Below are positions 8,893-21,737 of a stretch of 64,000 nt of DNA, one piece after another. The stretch is taken from positions 19,499 to 83,498 of the forward strand of contig JACQEN010000136.1 of NCBI GenBank assembly GCA_016200585.1, written 5' to 3'. The DNA is from Deltaproteobacteria bacterium (GTDB lineage Bacteria > Desulfobacterota > Binatia > HRBIN30). Each line of letters begins with the position of its first letter. Positions within the stretch are counted from its first letter, which is position 1. A model generated the notes under the pieces. That model worked only from the letters and a program-made list of their open reading frames with translations, was not told where the DNA came from and ran no database searches. The translations under genes and the position numbers were made by a program.

Positions 8893-11424
8893 ATGCGCAG
8901 GAGCCTGGTGCCACTGATCGGTCTATCCTTCCTTTTGACTCAAGCGATCATGCTTTCGCCGGTGCGGGCCCTGCAGGTCGCAACCGGCGCGATGGTTGTC
9001 GAAGTGTACGGCGGTTCCTTGACGGATACTTCCGCCTGCTCGATGGTCACGTGGACCAATGCCACGGTCAACATGTTCGGCACCGACGTGAACTTTGGCA
9101 CCTCCGTCCAACGATCTGTCTGCTTCTCGCAGACAATCGCCGGAGTGCAGCAGCCCGGATGGTGCAAATCAATCGACTTGGCCGGGGCTCTCACCGGGGC
9201 ATTCGATTCGCAAGGTGGGATAACCGATGTCGTTTGCAGTGAGCCCAGTTGCCTGGGGACGGATTCATTCGTCGCGTCTAACTTCAGCGTCTCAGGCAGT
9301 GTGGCAGCGGCACTCCCGTTGGCCGCGTATACAGTGGATGGATCGGTTGGATCCGCCACTTTCGTGAACGGGCCGAGCACAATTCCGCAGTGTCCGCTTT
9401 CACTGGTCAATGTGCGCTTTACCGGCAGCGGTACGTTGAACGCCTTCCAAGCCGTCGCGACCCCAAGTGGCGCGAACGTCAGCGTGGCGAGCAGCACTAC
9501 CTTCCTCAATCCCATCAACGGCCAGTCCGTCGATGTTTCTGTAAACATCGACTTCGCCGCGATCGGCACCCCGGGCTCGACCTTGGTGACGGCGACATCC
9601 AATGTCAGCGGCGCCTTGTCATCGAACTTCGTCACCGCCGTCGATGGCTACCAAGCAACGTTTCTCGATATCCACACCACCGCCGAGGTTGCACCGCCGA
9701 TCACCATCTGCACCAACTACGCGGACGCTGACAATGACGGTATCATCGACGGAACTACCGTTCCGGAAACATCGTTGCGCTTCCTGCACGGCGAGGGAAC
9801 ACCCGTGGTGTTCGTCGATCGCACCGTCAGTCAGGATACAATAGCGAATCAGATCTGTGCCGAAGTCAACAGCCTCTCGCCCTTCGTTACCGTCGTCAAC
9901 CTCTGCGGCAACGGGCACCTCGACAGCGGCGAAACCTGCGACGACGGCAACGCCACGGCGAACGACGGTTGCAGCGCGACTTGCCATACGGAGTCCGGCT
10001 GGCAGTGCACGACGCCAGGGGCGGCATGCTCCTTTGTCTGCGGCAATTCGATCGTCAACAGCAGTGAGAGCTGCGACGACGGCAACGCGATGGGCGGCGA
10101 CGGTTGCAGCGCTTCGTGCCAGATTGAATCCGGTTGGCAGTGCCCGACCCCGGGTTCCCCGTGCACGTTCGTCTGCGGCAACGGTGTGGTCGACCCCAGC
10201 GAGGGCTGCGACGATGGCGGGAATACGGGCGGCGACGGCTGCAGTGCCGATTGCAAGGTTGAGACCTGCTTCCACTGTACCAACATGCCTGGCGGCTCCT
10301 CCACCTGTACGCCACAGAGCGGGACTACCTGCAGCGACGGAGATCTGTGCACCACGGGCGACACCTGCCAGAGCGGGGCGTGTGTCGGCACCCCTGTCCA
10401 ATGTCAATCGCTGGGCCAGTGCTTCGACGTCGGAACCTGCAATTCGCTTACCGGAATCTGCTCGAACCCACCCAAGGGCAACGGCACCTTGTGCAACGAC
10501 GGCGACGGTTGCCTGGGCGATACGTGTGAGAGCGGTCAGTGCCAGCCGGCGAGCTGTCCGAACGTCGATGCTGTGGCGTTGGCGGGCAAACCTCTGAGTG
10601 TAACGATTGGGACCGGAACCACCTCGGTTACCAAAACGGTTTCGATTACAGTCCGCAACGCCGATGCCGTCAGTCGCACGATTTCGCTGGCGGTAGATGC
10701 AAGCGATTGCCCAGCGGGAGTGGCCGGAGATCCGGACTTCGACCCGAGCACCCCGGCTGCCGACAGCAGCGTGCTGGTGCTGCCGGGCAAGACCAAGAAA
10801 GCCAAGGTACCGGTGACCATCCAATCCAGCGCGTTCGACAGTTTCAACTTCAAGGCGCCGGCCCGCTGCACCCTGGCGTTCATTGCGTCGGCTGTGGTTC
10901 CTGGCGGGAGCAACGATCCCAGCCCGTCGAACAACGTTGCCTTGGTCGAGTTGAGCGTTGTCGACAAGCATGATTCGGAGCACGCCGCGCCCACCGTGCA
11001 CGAGACGACGATCAAGAGTGCGCCACCGGTTGCGGTGAACATTCCTCTTCACAAGGACTCCGCAGTCAAGACACTGAAGGCGTCCATCGGCAACGCCGAC
11101 TACCGACCTTCAGCGGAAAACCCAGGAGATCCGATCTCGCTGAGCGCCAGCACGACGTGTCTCGGCCTAACCCTCGGGACACCGATTTGTGATCCGGTAA
11201 CTTCGAGTGATACGGTGACCGTCAAGGGTGGCGCGGCGAAGACGTGCAAGATCAGCGCGACCGCCTTCAAGGGCCCGATCGACACTCCCAACAAGTTCGC
11301 GCCGCAGCGCTGTACGGTGACCCTGGCCGCGCATGGTCCGAGCGATCCGGAAATGACGCCGCTCGACGCCAGTAACAACAGCACTCAACTGGTCATCGAT
11401 CTGCTCGACAAGAACGACAACTGA
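8893..11424 (+). CDS. large secreted protein with three tandem Myxococcus-type cysteine-rich repeats, EGF-like Cys-rich region and two C-terminal repeated beta-domains
   Basis: Signal peptide MRRSLVPLIGLSFLLTQAIMLSPVRA. Three copies of CGNGxxDxxExCDDGNxxxxDGCSAxC (TIGR02232-like). Then a Cys-rich region CSDGDLCTTGDTCQSGACVGTPVQCQSLGQCFDVGTCN. Two similar C-terminal domains end in ...SNNVALVELSVVDKHD and ...SNNSTQLVIDLLDKNDN. Confidence 0.75.
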   Translation: MRRSLVPLIGLSFLLTQAIMLSPVRALQVATGAMVVEVYGGSLTDTSACSMVTWTNATVNMFGTDVNFGTSVQRSVCFSQTIAGVQQPGWCKSIDLAGALTGAFDSQGGITDVVCSEPSCLGTDSFVASNFSVSGSVAAALPLAAYTVDGSVGSATFVNGPSTIPQCPLSLVNVRFTGSGTLNAFQAVATPSGANVSVASSTTFLNPINGQSVDVSVNIDFAAIGTPGSTLVTATSNVSGALSSNFVTAVDGYQATFLDIHTTAEVAPPITICTNYADADNDGIIDGTTVPETSLRFLHGEGTPVVFVDRTVSQDTIANQICAEVNSLSPFVTVVNLCGNGHLDSGETCDDGNATANDGCSATCHTESGWQCTTPGAACSFVCGNSIVNSSESCDDGNAMGGDGCSASCQIESGWQCPTPGSPCTFVCGNGVVDPSEGCDDGGNTGGDGCSADCKVETCFHCTNMPGGSSTCTPQSGTTCSDGDLCTTGDTCQSGACVGTPVQCQSLGQCFDVGTCNSLTGICSNPPKGNGTLCNDGDGCLGDTCESGQCQPASCPNVDAVALAGKPLSVTIGTGTTSVTKTVSITVRNADAVSRTISLAVDASDCPAGVAGDPDFDPSTPAADSSVLVLPGKTKKAKVPVTIQSSAFDSFNFKAPARCTLAFIASAVVPGGSNDPSPSNNVALVELSVVDKHDSEHAAPTVHETTIKSAPPVAVNIPLHKDSAVKTLKASIGNADYRPSAENPGDPISLSASTTCLGLTLGTPICDPVTSSDTVTVKGGAAKTCKISATAFKGPIDTPNKFAPQRCTVTLAAHGPSDPEMTPLDASNNSTQLVIDLLDKNDN
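9904..10257 (+). repeat. three tandem roughly 135-bp coding repeats (Cys-rich repeat units) inside the 8893..11424 gene
   Basis: The DNA and protein periodicity is visible: gtctgcggcaa...gacgacggcaa...gacgg(c/t)tgcag recurs at about 9904, 10036 and 10171. Confidence 0.6.
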
Positions 11425-11446
11425 CTTTGACCCGAGAGGACAGCCT

Positions 11447-11472
11447 GGGACCCCGATACCGATTGGGGTCCC
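11447..11472 (+). terminator. perfect hairpin GGGACCCC-N10-GGGGTCCC immediately downstream of the Cys-rich protein gene; a second hairpin GGATCGG-N9-CCGATCC sits at 11497-11519 before the tRNA 3' end
   Basis: The inverted repeats were read from the sequence. Neither hairpin is followed by a clear U-tract, so intrinsic-terminator function is uncertain. Confidence 0.3.
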
Positions 11473-11536
11473 AGACCGTTCCCGAATTGGCTGCCGCAAT
11501 GGATCGGTGGCCTTTCCCGATCCGGTAATAGAAAAA

Positions 11537-11609
<73 letters not shown>

Positions 11610-12101
11610 ACCTGCCGGTGACATTACGGCTGACGTTCCGTGTACACAACACCAGGTGGAGCCGCAAGGGCTAAGGGGGACAGCACCCCGGCCCATCGGT
11701 ATGCCGCTCGGAGCTTACGAGAGCACGGGCCGCAGGGCGGTGGCGACGGCTCGTTGGTGCATGCGGAAGGCTACCTTGGCGTCGACCTTGCCGACGCGGA
11801 TCACTACGCACTGCGCCCGCGGCCAGCCTTGCTCTTCGCAGGCTGCCTCGTCGGAGCTTGCCACGACGTCGCTGCATTCACCGCTTCGCTGGTTGCCGAC
11901 GAAATACCAGAACAGCTGCATCGTACCGTCCCCCTTCAGCGGAGACCTCACACCACGCACCATGCCAGGTGACATCGGGTTTGATTTAGGGAGCTTGTCT
12001 GGATCCGAACGTTCGTGGCAGCGTGCAGCGTGTCCAATTTTCAGGACATTCCAGCGTCGGCTTGAGCACGGAACTGGTCAGAAGGAGCTTTCCTAGCGGG
12101 G

Positions 12102-14528
12102 TTGATTCTCCTACTTTGCGCGGTGATGGCCGAGCCCGCAGCTGCAGAGCGCTTCGTTTGCATACACGGGCACTTCTACCAGCCGCCGCGCGACAACCCT
12201 TGGCTCGACGCCATTGAGGCCCAAGAGTCTGCGGCGCCGTTCAACGATTGGAACGAACGCGTCACTGCTGAATGTTACGCTCCCAACGCGCTGGCGCGTC
12301 TACTGAACGACCGCGGCCAGATTGTTGGCTTGCGCAACAACTACGAACATATCAGCTTCAATTTTGGGCCGACGCTGCTGTCGTGGATGGAAAAACATCG
12401 GCCCGACACGTACGCCGCGATTCAGGCCGCCGACCGCGCTGGCTTTCGGCACTACGGCCGCGGCAACGCATTGGCGCAAGTCTACGGTCACTGCATCATG
12501 CCGCTGGCGACGCCGCGCGACAGCAGTACCCAGGTCCGCTGGGGTGTCGCCGACTTTGTGTATCGCTTTGGCCGCCGCCCTGACGGCATGTGGCTGCCGG
12601 AAACGGCAGTCGATCTGGCTTCGCTGCGCGCTCTCGCCGAACAAGGCATTCGATTTTCGATCCTCGCAGCCGGACAGGCGTCGCGGGTGCGTCTTGCCGG
12701 AGGTGCTTGGCAACCGGCGGGTGACCACCTGGATACGACACGACCGTACCGTTGCGATCTCGGCAATGGCCGTTCGATCATCCTTTTCTTTTACAATGGC
12801 GGCCTGGCGCACGGCGTCGCCTTTGGCGGTTTGTTGACCGACGGCCACGATCTGGCGCGTCGGCTCGTCGCTGGCGCACTTGCCCACCCGGAGCCGGCGC
12901 TGCTGCACATCGCCACGGACGGCGAATCGTACGGGCATCACCACCGTTTCGGCGACATGGCCCTGGCGGCGGCAATCGAGGCGATCCGCCGCGAACACAG
13001 TGTACGGCTCACCAACTATGCAGCCTATCTTGATCGCTACCCCGTCCGTGACGAGGTCGAGATTCGTAACGGATCGTCGTGGAGTTGCGTTCATGGCATC
13101 GAACGCTGGCGCGCCAATTGCGGCTGTCGCCTCAGCAACGACGATTGGCAGCAGACCTGGCGTGGCCCGCTGCGCGAAAGCCTCGATTGGCTGAAGCATC
13201 AGATTGATGAGTCCTTCGAGCGCCTGGGCGCGGGGCTCTTGAGCGACGTTTGGGCGGCGCGCGACGCCTATGTCGATGTCGTTCTGAAACCACATCCGCA
13301 GCACCGCGACGCCTTCATCGAGCAACAGTGCCGCCGCGGCCTGAATCCGCAGGAGCGTAGTCGAGTCTGGCAACTGCTCGAGATGCAGCGCTTCTGTCTG
13401 CTGTCGTTCACCAGTTGCGGCTGGTTCTTTGACGAGCCATCGGGTTTGGAGACGACGCAAGTCCTGACGTATGCGGCGCGGGCCGTTCAGCTGGCTGCGG
13501 CCTTGGGTTCCGACCTCGAAGCGGGGTTTCTCCGACACCTCGCCCCGATGCGTAGTAACCTGCCGCGCTACGTCGACGGTGCGGCGTTGTATCAAGCGCT
13601 CGTACAACCCGCCGTGAGCGATGTCCGACGCATGGTTGCCAACTACGCCATCAACGGCTTGTTCGAAGCGCCGACAGCCGAGCAGCGTGTCTACGGCTGC
13701 CGCTTCACGAGGCTCGACCACCATATGGAAAAGAACGACGCCGCCACCCTGATTGTCGGTCGCACGCACGTGCTTGCCCAGATGACCGAGGAGAGCCACG
13801 AATTCGTCCATGCAACCTTGCACCTGGGTGGCCACGAAATGCAGTGCGCCGTGTTTGCCGGGAAGGACTTCGTCCAGACATGCGACGCGCTCGTGGCGGC
13901 GTTTCTCGACGGCTCGGCGGACCAGCTGGTTCACCAGATGAGCAGCCTCTGCGGTGGCAATCTGTTCACGCTGCGCGATGTGTTCGCCTTTGAGCGCCGG
14001 CGCATCCTGAAACGCGTAGCGGCGCAGGCCCTTTCCGAGTGCAGCGCCGACTATGAACGCATCGTCCAACGCAACCGCAGATTGATCGATTTTCTCGCCC
14101 GCAGCGGCGCACCTTTGCCGGACGAGCTGCGCGTTGCTGCCACCTTCGTTCTGCAGCGGCGCTTCGAACAAACGATCGCGGCGCTCGGCGACTCCCCGGA
14201 CCTGTTGGCGCGAGCTCAAACGATCGCCGAGGAGGCAGAGCGCTGGGGTATCCGCCTCGACACCGGCGTTGCAGCGCGCGGTCTCGAATCCGCTCTGAGC
14301 GCCTGTCTGAAACGGACGGCGGTCGCCGATACACCCGGCTACGTCCAACACGCGCACTCCTTGCTGGATGCCGCTGAACGATTGTGTCTGCCGATCGAGC
14401 TATCGAGCATTCAAAACGACTATTATGCGCTCCTTGGCGGCGATCCGAATCGCGCTCGGCAATGTACTGGCGACCTCAGACGGTTGGGTCGACGACTGCA
14501 ATTCGAGCTGCCGGAATGGTCCGAATAA
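12102..14528 (+). CDS. glycoside hydrolase family 57 protein (alpha-amylase / alpha-glucanotransferase-like, long form with C-terminal extension)
   Basis: The N-terminal FVCIHGHFYQPPRDNPWLDAIEAQESAAPFNDWNERVTAECYAPNA is the canonical GH57 start. 808 aa. The true start may be the internal Met at about 12126. Confidence 0.75.
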   Translation: MILLLCAVMAEPAAAERFVCIHGHFYQPPRDNPWLDAIEAQESAAPFNDWNERVTAECYAPNALARLLNDRGQIVGLRNNYEHISFNFGPTLLSWMEKHRPDTYAAIQAADRAGFRHYGRGNALAQVYGHCIMPLATPRDSSTQVRWGVADFVYRFGRRPDGMWLPETAVDLASLRALAEQGIRFSILAAGQASRVRLAGGAWQPAGDHLDTTRPYRCDLGNGRSIILFFYNGGLAHGVAFGGLLTDGHDLARRLVAGALAHPEPALLHIATDGESYGHHHRFGDMALAAAIEAIRREHSVRLTNYAAYLDRYPVRDEVEIRNGSSWSCVHGIERWRANCGCRLSNDDWQQTWRGPLRESLDWLKHQIDESFERLGAGLLSDVWAARDAYVDVVLKPHPQHRDAFIEQQCRRGLNPQERSRVWQLLEMQRFCLLSFTSCGWFFDEPSGLETTQVLTYAARAVQLAAALGSDLEAGFLRHLAPMRSNLPRYVDGAALYQALVQPAVSDVRRMVANYAINGLFEAPTAEQRVYGCRFTRLDHHMEKNDAATLIVGRTHVLAQMTEESHEFVHATLHLGGHEMQCAVFAGKDFVQTCDALVAAFLDGSADQLVHQMSSLCGGNLFTLRDVFAFERRRILKRVAAQALSECSADYERIVQRNRRLIDFLARSGAPLPDELRVAATFVLQRRFEQTIAALGDSPDLLARAQTIAEEAERWGIRLDTGVAARGLESALSACLKRTAVADTPGYVQHAHSLLDAAERLCLPIELSSIQNDYYALLGGDPNRARQCTGDLRRLGRRLQFELPEWSE

Positions 14529-14672
14529 CCCTTGACCCGGCATCCGTGCTGGGGCATCTGATTCAGTCCCGAACCGGAAGGTGTTGATGGTCACGAGCGG
14601 ACTTCTGGGCCGGATAATTCATAATTGATCTCATGAGCGGCCGTAGCGAGAGCGGTAACGAGAGGTAGAAGA

Positions 14673-16619
<1,947 letters not shown>

Positions 16620-16630
16620 CAACCTGAACG

Positions 16631-18049
<1,419 letters not shown>

Positions 18050-18055
18050 AAGAGG

Positions 18056-18100
18056 CAAGTGGCCGACTTGCGCTTCTTTCCTCTTTCCGCTTTGAGCCTT
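18056..18100 (+). terminator. candidate intrinsic terminator after cysS (hairpin GCAAGT-GGCCG-ACTTGC followed by a T-rich stretch CTTCTTTCCTCTTTCC)
   Basis: Inverted repeat and pyrimidine-rich tail read from the sequence. Confidence 0.4.
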
Positions 18101-18114
18101 GCCTCGAACGATAC

Positions 18115-18188
18115 GCGCCCGTAGCTCAGGTGGATAGAGCGGCTGGCTTCGAACCAGTAGGTCGGGAGTTCGAATCTCTCCGGGCGTA
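18115..18188 (+). tRNA. tRNA-Arg (anticodon TCG)
   Basis: GCGCCCGTAGCTCAGGTGGATAGAGCGGCTGGCTTCGAACCAGTAGGTCGGGAGTTCGAATCTCTCCGGGCGTA folds as a cloverleaf. Anticodon loop CUUCGAA, T-loop TTCGAAT. Typical bacterial tRNA-Arg 5' end. Confidence 0.9.
18147..18185 (+). repeat. direct repeat copy 1 (39 bp, CTTCGAACCAGTAGGTCGGGAGTTCGAATCTCTCCGGGC), the 3' half of tRNA-Arg
   Basis: Identical at 39/39 positions to 21738-21776; compared base by base. Confidence 0.9.
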
Positions 18189-18494
18189 ATTTTCGACAAA
18201 ATCTTCCTGCCGCTGGCCCCTCCCGCGCGAATGTTCGTGCGGGAGGGGGGCGGATCGGAAGGGTGCCGGCAAGCGGTTGGTGGTGGAACAAATCGGCGGG
18301 TGTTGTGGGACGGTTGTACAGGCCCTCCTAGGCTGCCCCGTGAGGGGACAGCTTCGCGGCTTGGTTCCGGCGACTCTACATCGACTCATGCCGCACCCGA
18401 TGGGGGCCTTTCCGTTTGACATCGACGTGCTTGGGCGATACGAGCCGTGCACCCGGACGGCTCCACTTCTACGGCCGCTCGGCGACCGGAGGGG

Positions 18495-19160
18495 ATGATG
18501 GGTAGCTCAACTAGATTCGGACTGGCAACGGTGTTGCTCGCAGGGATCGTGCTGCTCAGTCCCGTTTGTGCCCGTGCGAGCCAACTGGTGTTCGTCACCA
18601 GCAGCTCGCACGACGGGAACTTTGGCGGACTCGCCGGTGGCGATGGGATCTGTGACGGTCTGGCCGCGGCTGCCGGATTGAAGGGACAATGGGTAGCGTG
18701 GCTGTCCAACGCCGGCATCAACGGCGGTGATCGAATCGTTGGCGACGGCCCCTTCGTGAGCACCAATGGGACACAGATCGCAGCCGACAAGGCCGCTCTG
18801 CTGAGCGGCACGCTCGACAACGCGATTTCGTCCGACGAAAACGGCGTTGGAATAGGCGCCGCTGCGGATGTTTGGACCGGAACCACGGCTGCCGGTGCGC
18901 GCTCCGGGTCCACCTGCTCCGGCTGGAACGACAATGGATCGGGCAGCGGCACTTTCGGTAACGCGAATCAGACAGACTCTGACTGGTCGGATGTCGACAC
19001 CGATACCTGCAGCGATGCAAAGCGCATCTACTGCTTCCAGTTGCCTCTCCTCGTCGCACCCGCACCCGTTTTGTCCGCTCCCTTTAAGGTCCTTACGGTG
19101 CTTCTCCTGGTGCTGATCGGCGGCCTCGGTCAGCTCCGCCTCCATCGCGTGCGTCGCTGA
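18495..19160 (+). CDS. secreted DUF1554-like protein with C-terminal hydrophobic segment plus Arg-rich tail
   Basis: RBS GGAGGGG then ATGATG. Signal peptide MMGSSTRFGLATVLLAGIVLLSPVCARA. The body (VFVTSSSHDGNFGGLAGGDGICD...WVAWLSNAG...VWTGTTAAG...CSGW...RIYCFQ) matches my memory of the DUF1554 signature. The C-terminus VLTVLLLVLIGGLGQLRLHRVRR is a TM helix followed by basic residues. Confidence 0.55.
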   Translation: MMGSSTRFGLATVLLAGIVLLSPVCARASQLVFVTSSSHDGNFGGLAGGDGICDGLAAAAGLKGQWVAWLSNAGINGGDRIVGDGPFVSTNGTQIAADKAALLSGTLDNAISSDENGVGIGAAADVWTGTTAAGARSGSTCSGWNDNGSGSGTFGNANQTDSDWSDVDTDTCSDAKRIYCFQLPLLVAPAPVLSAPFKVLTVLLLVLIGGLGQLRLHRVRR

Positions 19161-19317
19161 AACGGTGGCGACGTGCCGGAGCGCTCGTCGAACCCGCCGC
19201 TCCAGTCGGCGCCCAGGAGCTCCCAGCCACGGTGTTGTCGCATGGTTCTGGATCGGAACGCATGCGGACGATGGCAAGCTGCGCGGCAAAGCTCGACCGT
19301 AGCTGTGCCTGCGCGCG

Positions 19318-21519
19318 TCAGCTGATCTCGACGGGGATGCAGGCCCTTTCGTTGAAGCCTACATCGTGGGACAGGAAGTCCCAGTACTTGAGGAGCAAGA
19401 CGATTTTCTTCAGCACGGATTGGGCATCGGTCAATTCTCGCTGAAAGCGTTCCGCCGGCGTCTTGCCCAGCCCTTCGTCGTAGGTGATGCCGTAGACCAG
19501 ACGGGCGCCGCACGCCATCCGCAAGGCGCACGTATCACCGTTCCGTGCGCTGCGCCCGATGGTGACGGGTTGGCCGATATGACACTTCTGCGCGGCGAGC
19601 TGACGCTCGGCGTCGGTGGCGGATGCCGGGAGTTGCGCGGCGCAATCGTGGTTCAGCAGGTAGTAGAGGGTTTTCAGATCGCTCAGCGACATCATCTTGT
19701 CGGCCGGCTCGGGGCGCGGGCCACGGACCGCGAAGGAGAAGATCGTCGGCTGCGCGTCCCAGAGCGTCTCGTCGGCGTCGGCCGAGCGTGCGGGGACGGG
19801 GCAATCGAGCAACCGCAGCTCGGGCGTGTTGCGGATGCTGTCGACGAGCTGACGGCGAAAGGTTTGCAGAATTTCGGTGCGCCGTTCGGAGGGTACGGTG
19901 TAGAACGCGTTCATTTCGGCGATTGCGCCCGTCCAGCGCAGCAGCAGGCCGAGATTCAACACCGGCGACAGGGCGCCGGCACGGTTCCTCAACCCGGCAG
20001 GTACCTCGCTGCGGGTAAAATAATTTGCAAATCCGCTCGGGAACGGCTGGCCACCGCCGGCGGCGTTGAAGTTCGGGATCAGCAGCGCGCCGCCGAACGG
20101 CGGACCGGTGAAAAATTTCGAGCCGGTGATCAGTACCCAGAAGCCGTGCGCGAGGTAGCGCCGGAGATTGTCGCGTTCGAGGCGGAATTGGCAGGCGTCG
20201 ACCAAGACCGTGAGCTTGCTGCCGACGGCTTCCCGCAAGGCGAGTGCGAAGTCGAAGTCCGGTGCGATCACACCGGTTTTCGAATTGTCAACCAGGTGGA
20301 GAATCACACGGTCGGCGCGCTGCACGGCATCCGCCGTTGCGTCGCGGATGCTTTGCTTCAGATCGTGGTCGCTCAGCGCTGCACCGTCGCTGCCACGAAT
20401 CGGGATGCGGATCACTTCGACGGCGTCCAGCTCGGTGATCGGCTGCCCTTGCCGCACGCTGGCGCCGAGAGGCGTTCGCGTACCGAAATGACAGCCGGCG
20501 GCAGCGTGCGCCGTGCCGCCACCCACCTCGTCAGGAGCTACGACGATGTTGATGAGCCGCGGCTTGTCCGTGCTGCGCAGCAATGCCAGCGGGTACAGCT
20601 CCGCGTCGGTGCCCGAAGACGACAGAATGACCTCCGTCTGCGGATCGAGATGCAGCAGGTCTGCGAGGGTAGCGCGGAGCTCATCGATTTCGAGCTGGTG
20701 TTGCACCTCGAGATCGGTGCGCGGCAAGGTCTGCATGAGTCGATGCCGCAGCAACTCGGCCGCTCGATAGGCAAACTCGGACACCGACGACGCGGTGCAA
20801 GAGGAGAAGGTGATCGCTTCCGGACGCGGTCGCGGGCTGCACCCGTACTTGTTCAGTCCGGTGGCCGGGTCCAGCAGCAAGCGTTCGTCCCCCTGCTGGG
20901 TGAGAATGTACTCGGTCGGCGCGGCGAGGGCGGAGTACTGGGTTGCCCGTTGGAGCGCCGCCTGAGTCGGCGACGAGCCGTGCAGGTGCGCACCGTGAAG
21001 GGGCGCCAGGACGGGCAACTGCGCCGCCAGCGCGGACAACCGGCCTTCCTCCGCTGCCGCGGCCGCCTCCTGCAACCAGCGCGGAACCTGCGCCGCGATG
21101 CGCCGACGTTCCGCGGTCAACATCTGGAGATAGAATCTCGTCGTGGTCAACGCCGCCAAGATGGCGATGGACAGGGAGCCGACCTCGTCGAGCTGGCCGG
21201 CACAAAGTTGCAGCCACAATGCGAGCTCGATCGCGTGGCGCAGGTGCAGGCGCAGGATCGGCGGCGAGGTAAGGCTGCTATCGCGAAGAACGACGTGCTC
21301 CGGAGCGACTTGAAAATCGGTTGCCAGCTGCGAGCTGCTGGAGAACGTGGTCGAGTAGCCGCACAGACCGACTTCCGCTTTGGCCAGCGCCTCGGATACG
21401 AGGGCTACGTGCGCCGGCGTCAGATTGCCGAACGCAACGCGGCGAGATGCCGCCAGAGTCGTCAACGGATTGGGTGCCCCGGCCCCAGAGCTCATCGCGG
21501 TCAGGGCGGAATCTTCCAC
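19318..21519 (-). CDS. large (733 aa) aminotransferase class-V-fold (PLP-dependent) protein with about 200-aa N-terminal extension
   Basis: LLLDPATG...TASSVSEFAY (LDxAAT-like) and VDACQFRLE...VLITGSKFFTGPPFGGALL (the D..Q...SGHK..GP.G.G.L lysine region) are in the right order and spacing. The N-terminal 200 aa has no match I can recognise. Start is GTG 21519 or ATG 21495. Confidence 0.45.
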   Translation of the reverse strand: MEDSALTAMSSGAGAPNPLTTLAASRRVAFGNLTPAHVALVSEALAKAEVGLCGYSTTFSSSSQLATDFQVAPEHVVLRDSSLTSPPILRLHLRHAIELALWLQLCAGQLDEVGSLSIAILAALTTTRFYLQMLTAERRRIAAQVPRWLQEAAAAAEEGRLSALAAQLPVLAPLHGAHLHGSSPTQAALQRATQYSALAAPTEYILTQQGDERLLLDPATGLNKYGCSPRPRPEAITFSSCTASSVSEFAYRAAELLRHRLMQTLPRTDLEVQHQLEIDELRATLADLLHLDPQTEVILSSSGTDAELYPLALLRSTDKPRLINIVVAPDEVGGGTAHAAAGCHFGTRTPLGASVRQGQPITELDAVEVIRIPIRGSDGAALSDHDLKQSIRDATADAVQRADRVILHLVDNSKTGVIAPDFDFALALREAVGSKLTVLVDACQFRLERDNLRRYLAHGFWVLITGSKFFTGPPFGGALLIPNFNAAGGGQPFPSGFANYFTRSEVPAGLRNRAGALSPVLNLGLLLRWTGAIAEMNAFYTVPSERRTEILQTFRRQLVDSIRNTPELRLLDCPVPARSADADETLWDAQPTIFSFAVRGPRPEPADKMMSLSDLKTLYYLLNHDCAAQLPASATDAERQLAAQKCHIGQPVTIGRSARNGDTCALRMACGARLVYGITYDEGLGKTPAERFQRELTDAQSVLKKIVLLLKYWDFLSHDVGFNERACIPVEIS

Positions 21520-21737
21520 GGTTCGAAACTATAGACAGATCACCGCCGTCGATCCAGCATTTTGACGAGCAGGGGAGTGCTGATCACCGGCTTCCCCGCG
21601 GTCTGTGTGCCAGCTCAGCCAAATTGGCCGTTCTGCGGATCTCAGAAATAGGCCGACACAGCGGAAACCATTGTGGCAGAAGGGCCCGGAGCACTCCAGG
21701 CCGGCTCGCGACAACTCAGCAAATGTGGCTATTTCGC

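Noticed and set aside
11640-12096. Overlapping ORFs (110 and 146 aa) between tRNA-Ala and the GH57 gene
   Set aside because: Both have biased, low-complexity composition and overlap each other in different frames. No RBS or motif supports either, so this is probably the GH57 promoter region.
18189-21737. Integrase, excisionase or other mobility gene inside the tRNA-flanked islet
   Set aside because: I searched the six-frame translations. There is no tyrosine-recombinase (R..H..R..Y), serine-recombinase, transposase DDE or phage-like ORF in or adjacent to the islet. The islet is therefore described as a remnant, not as an active element.
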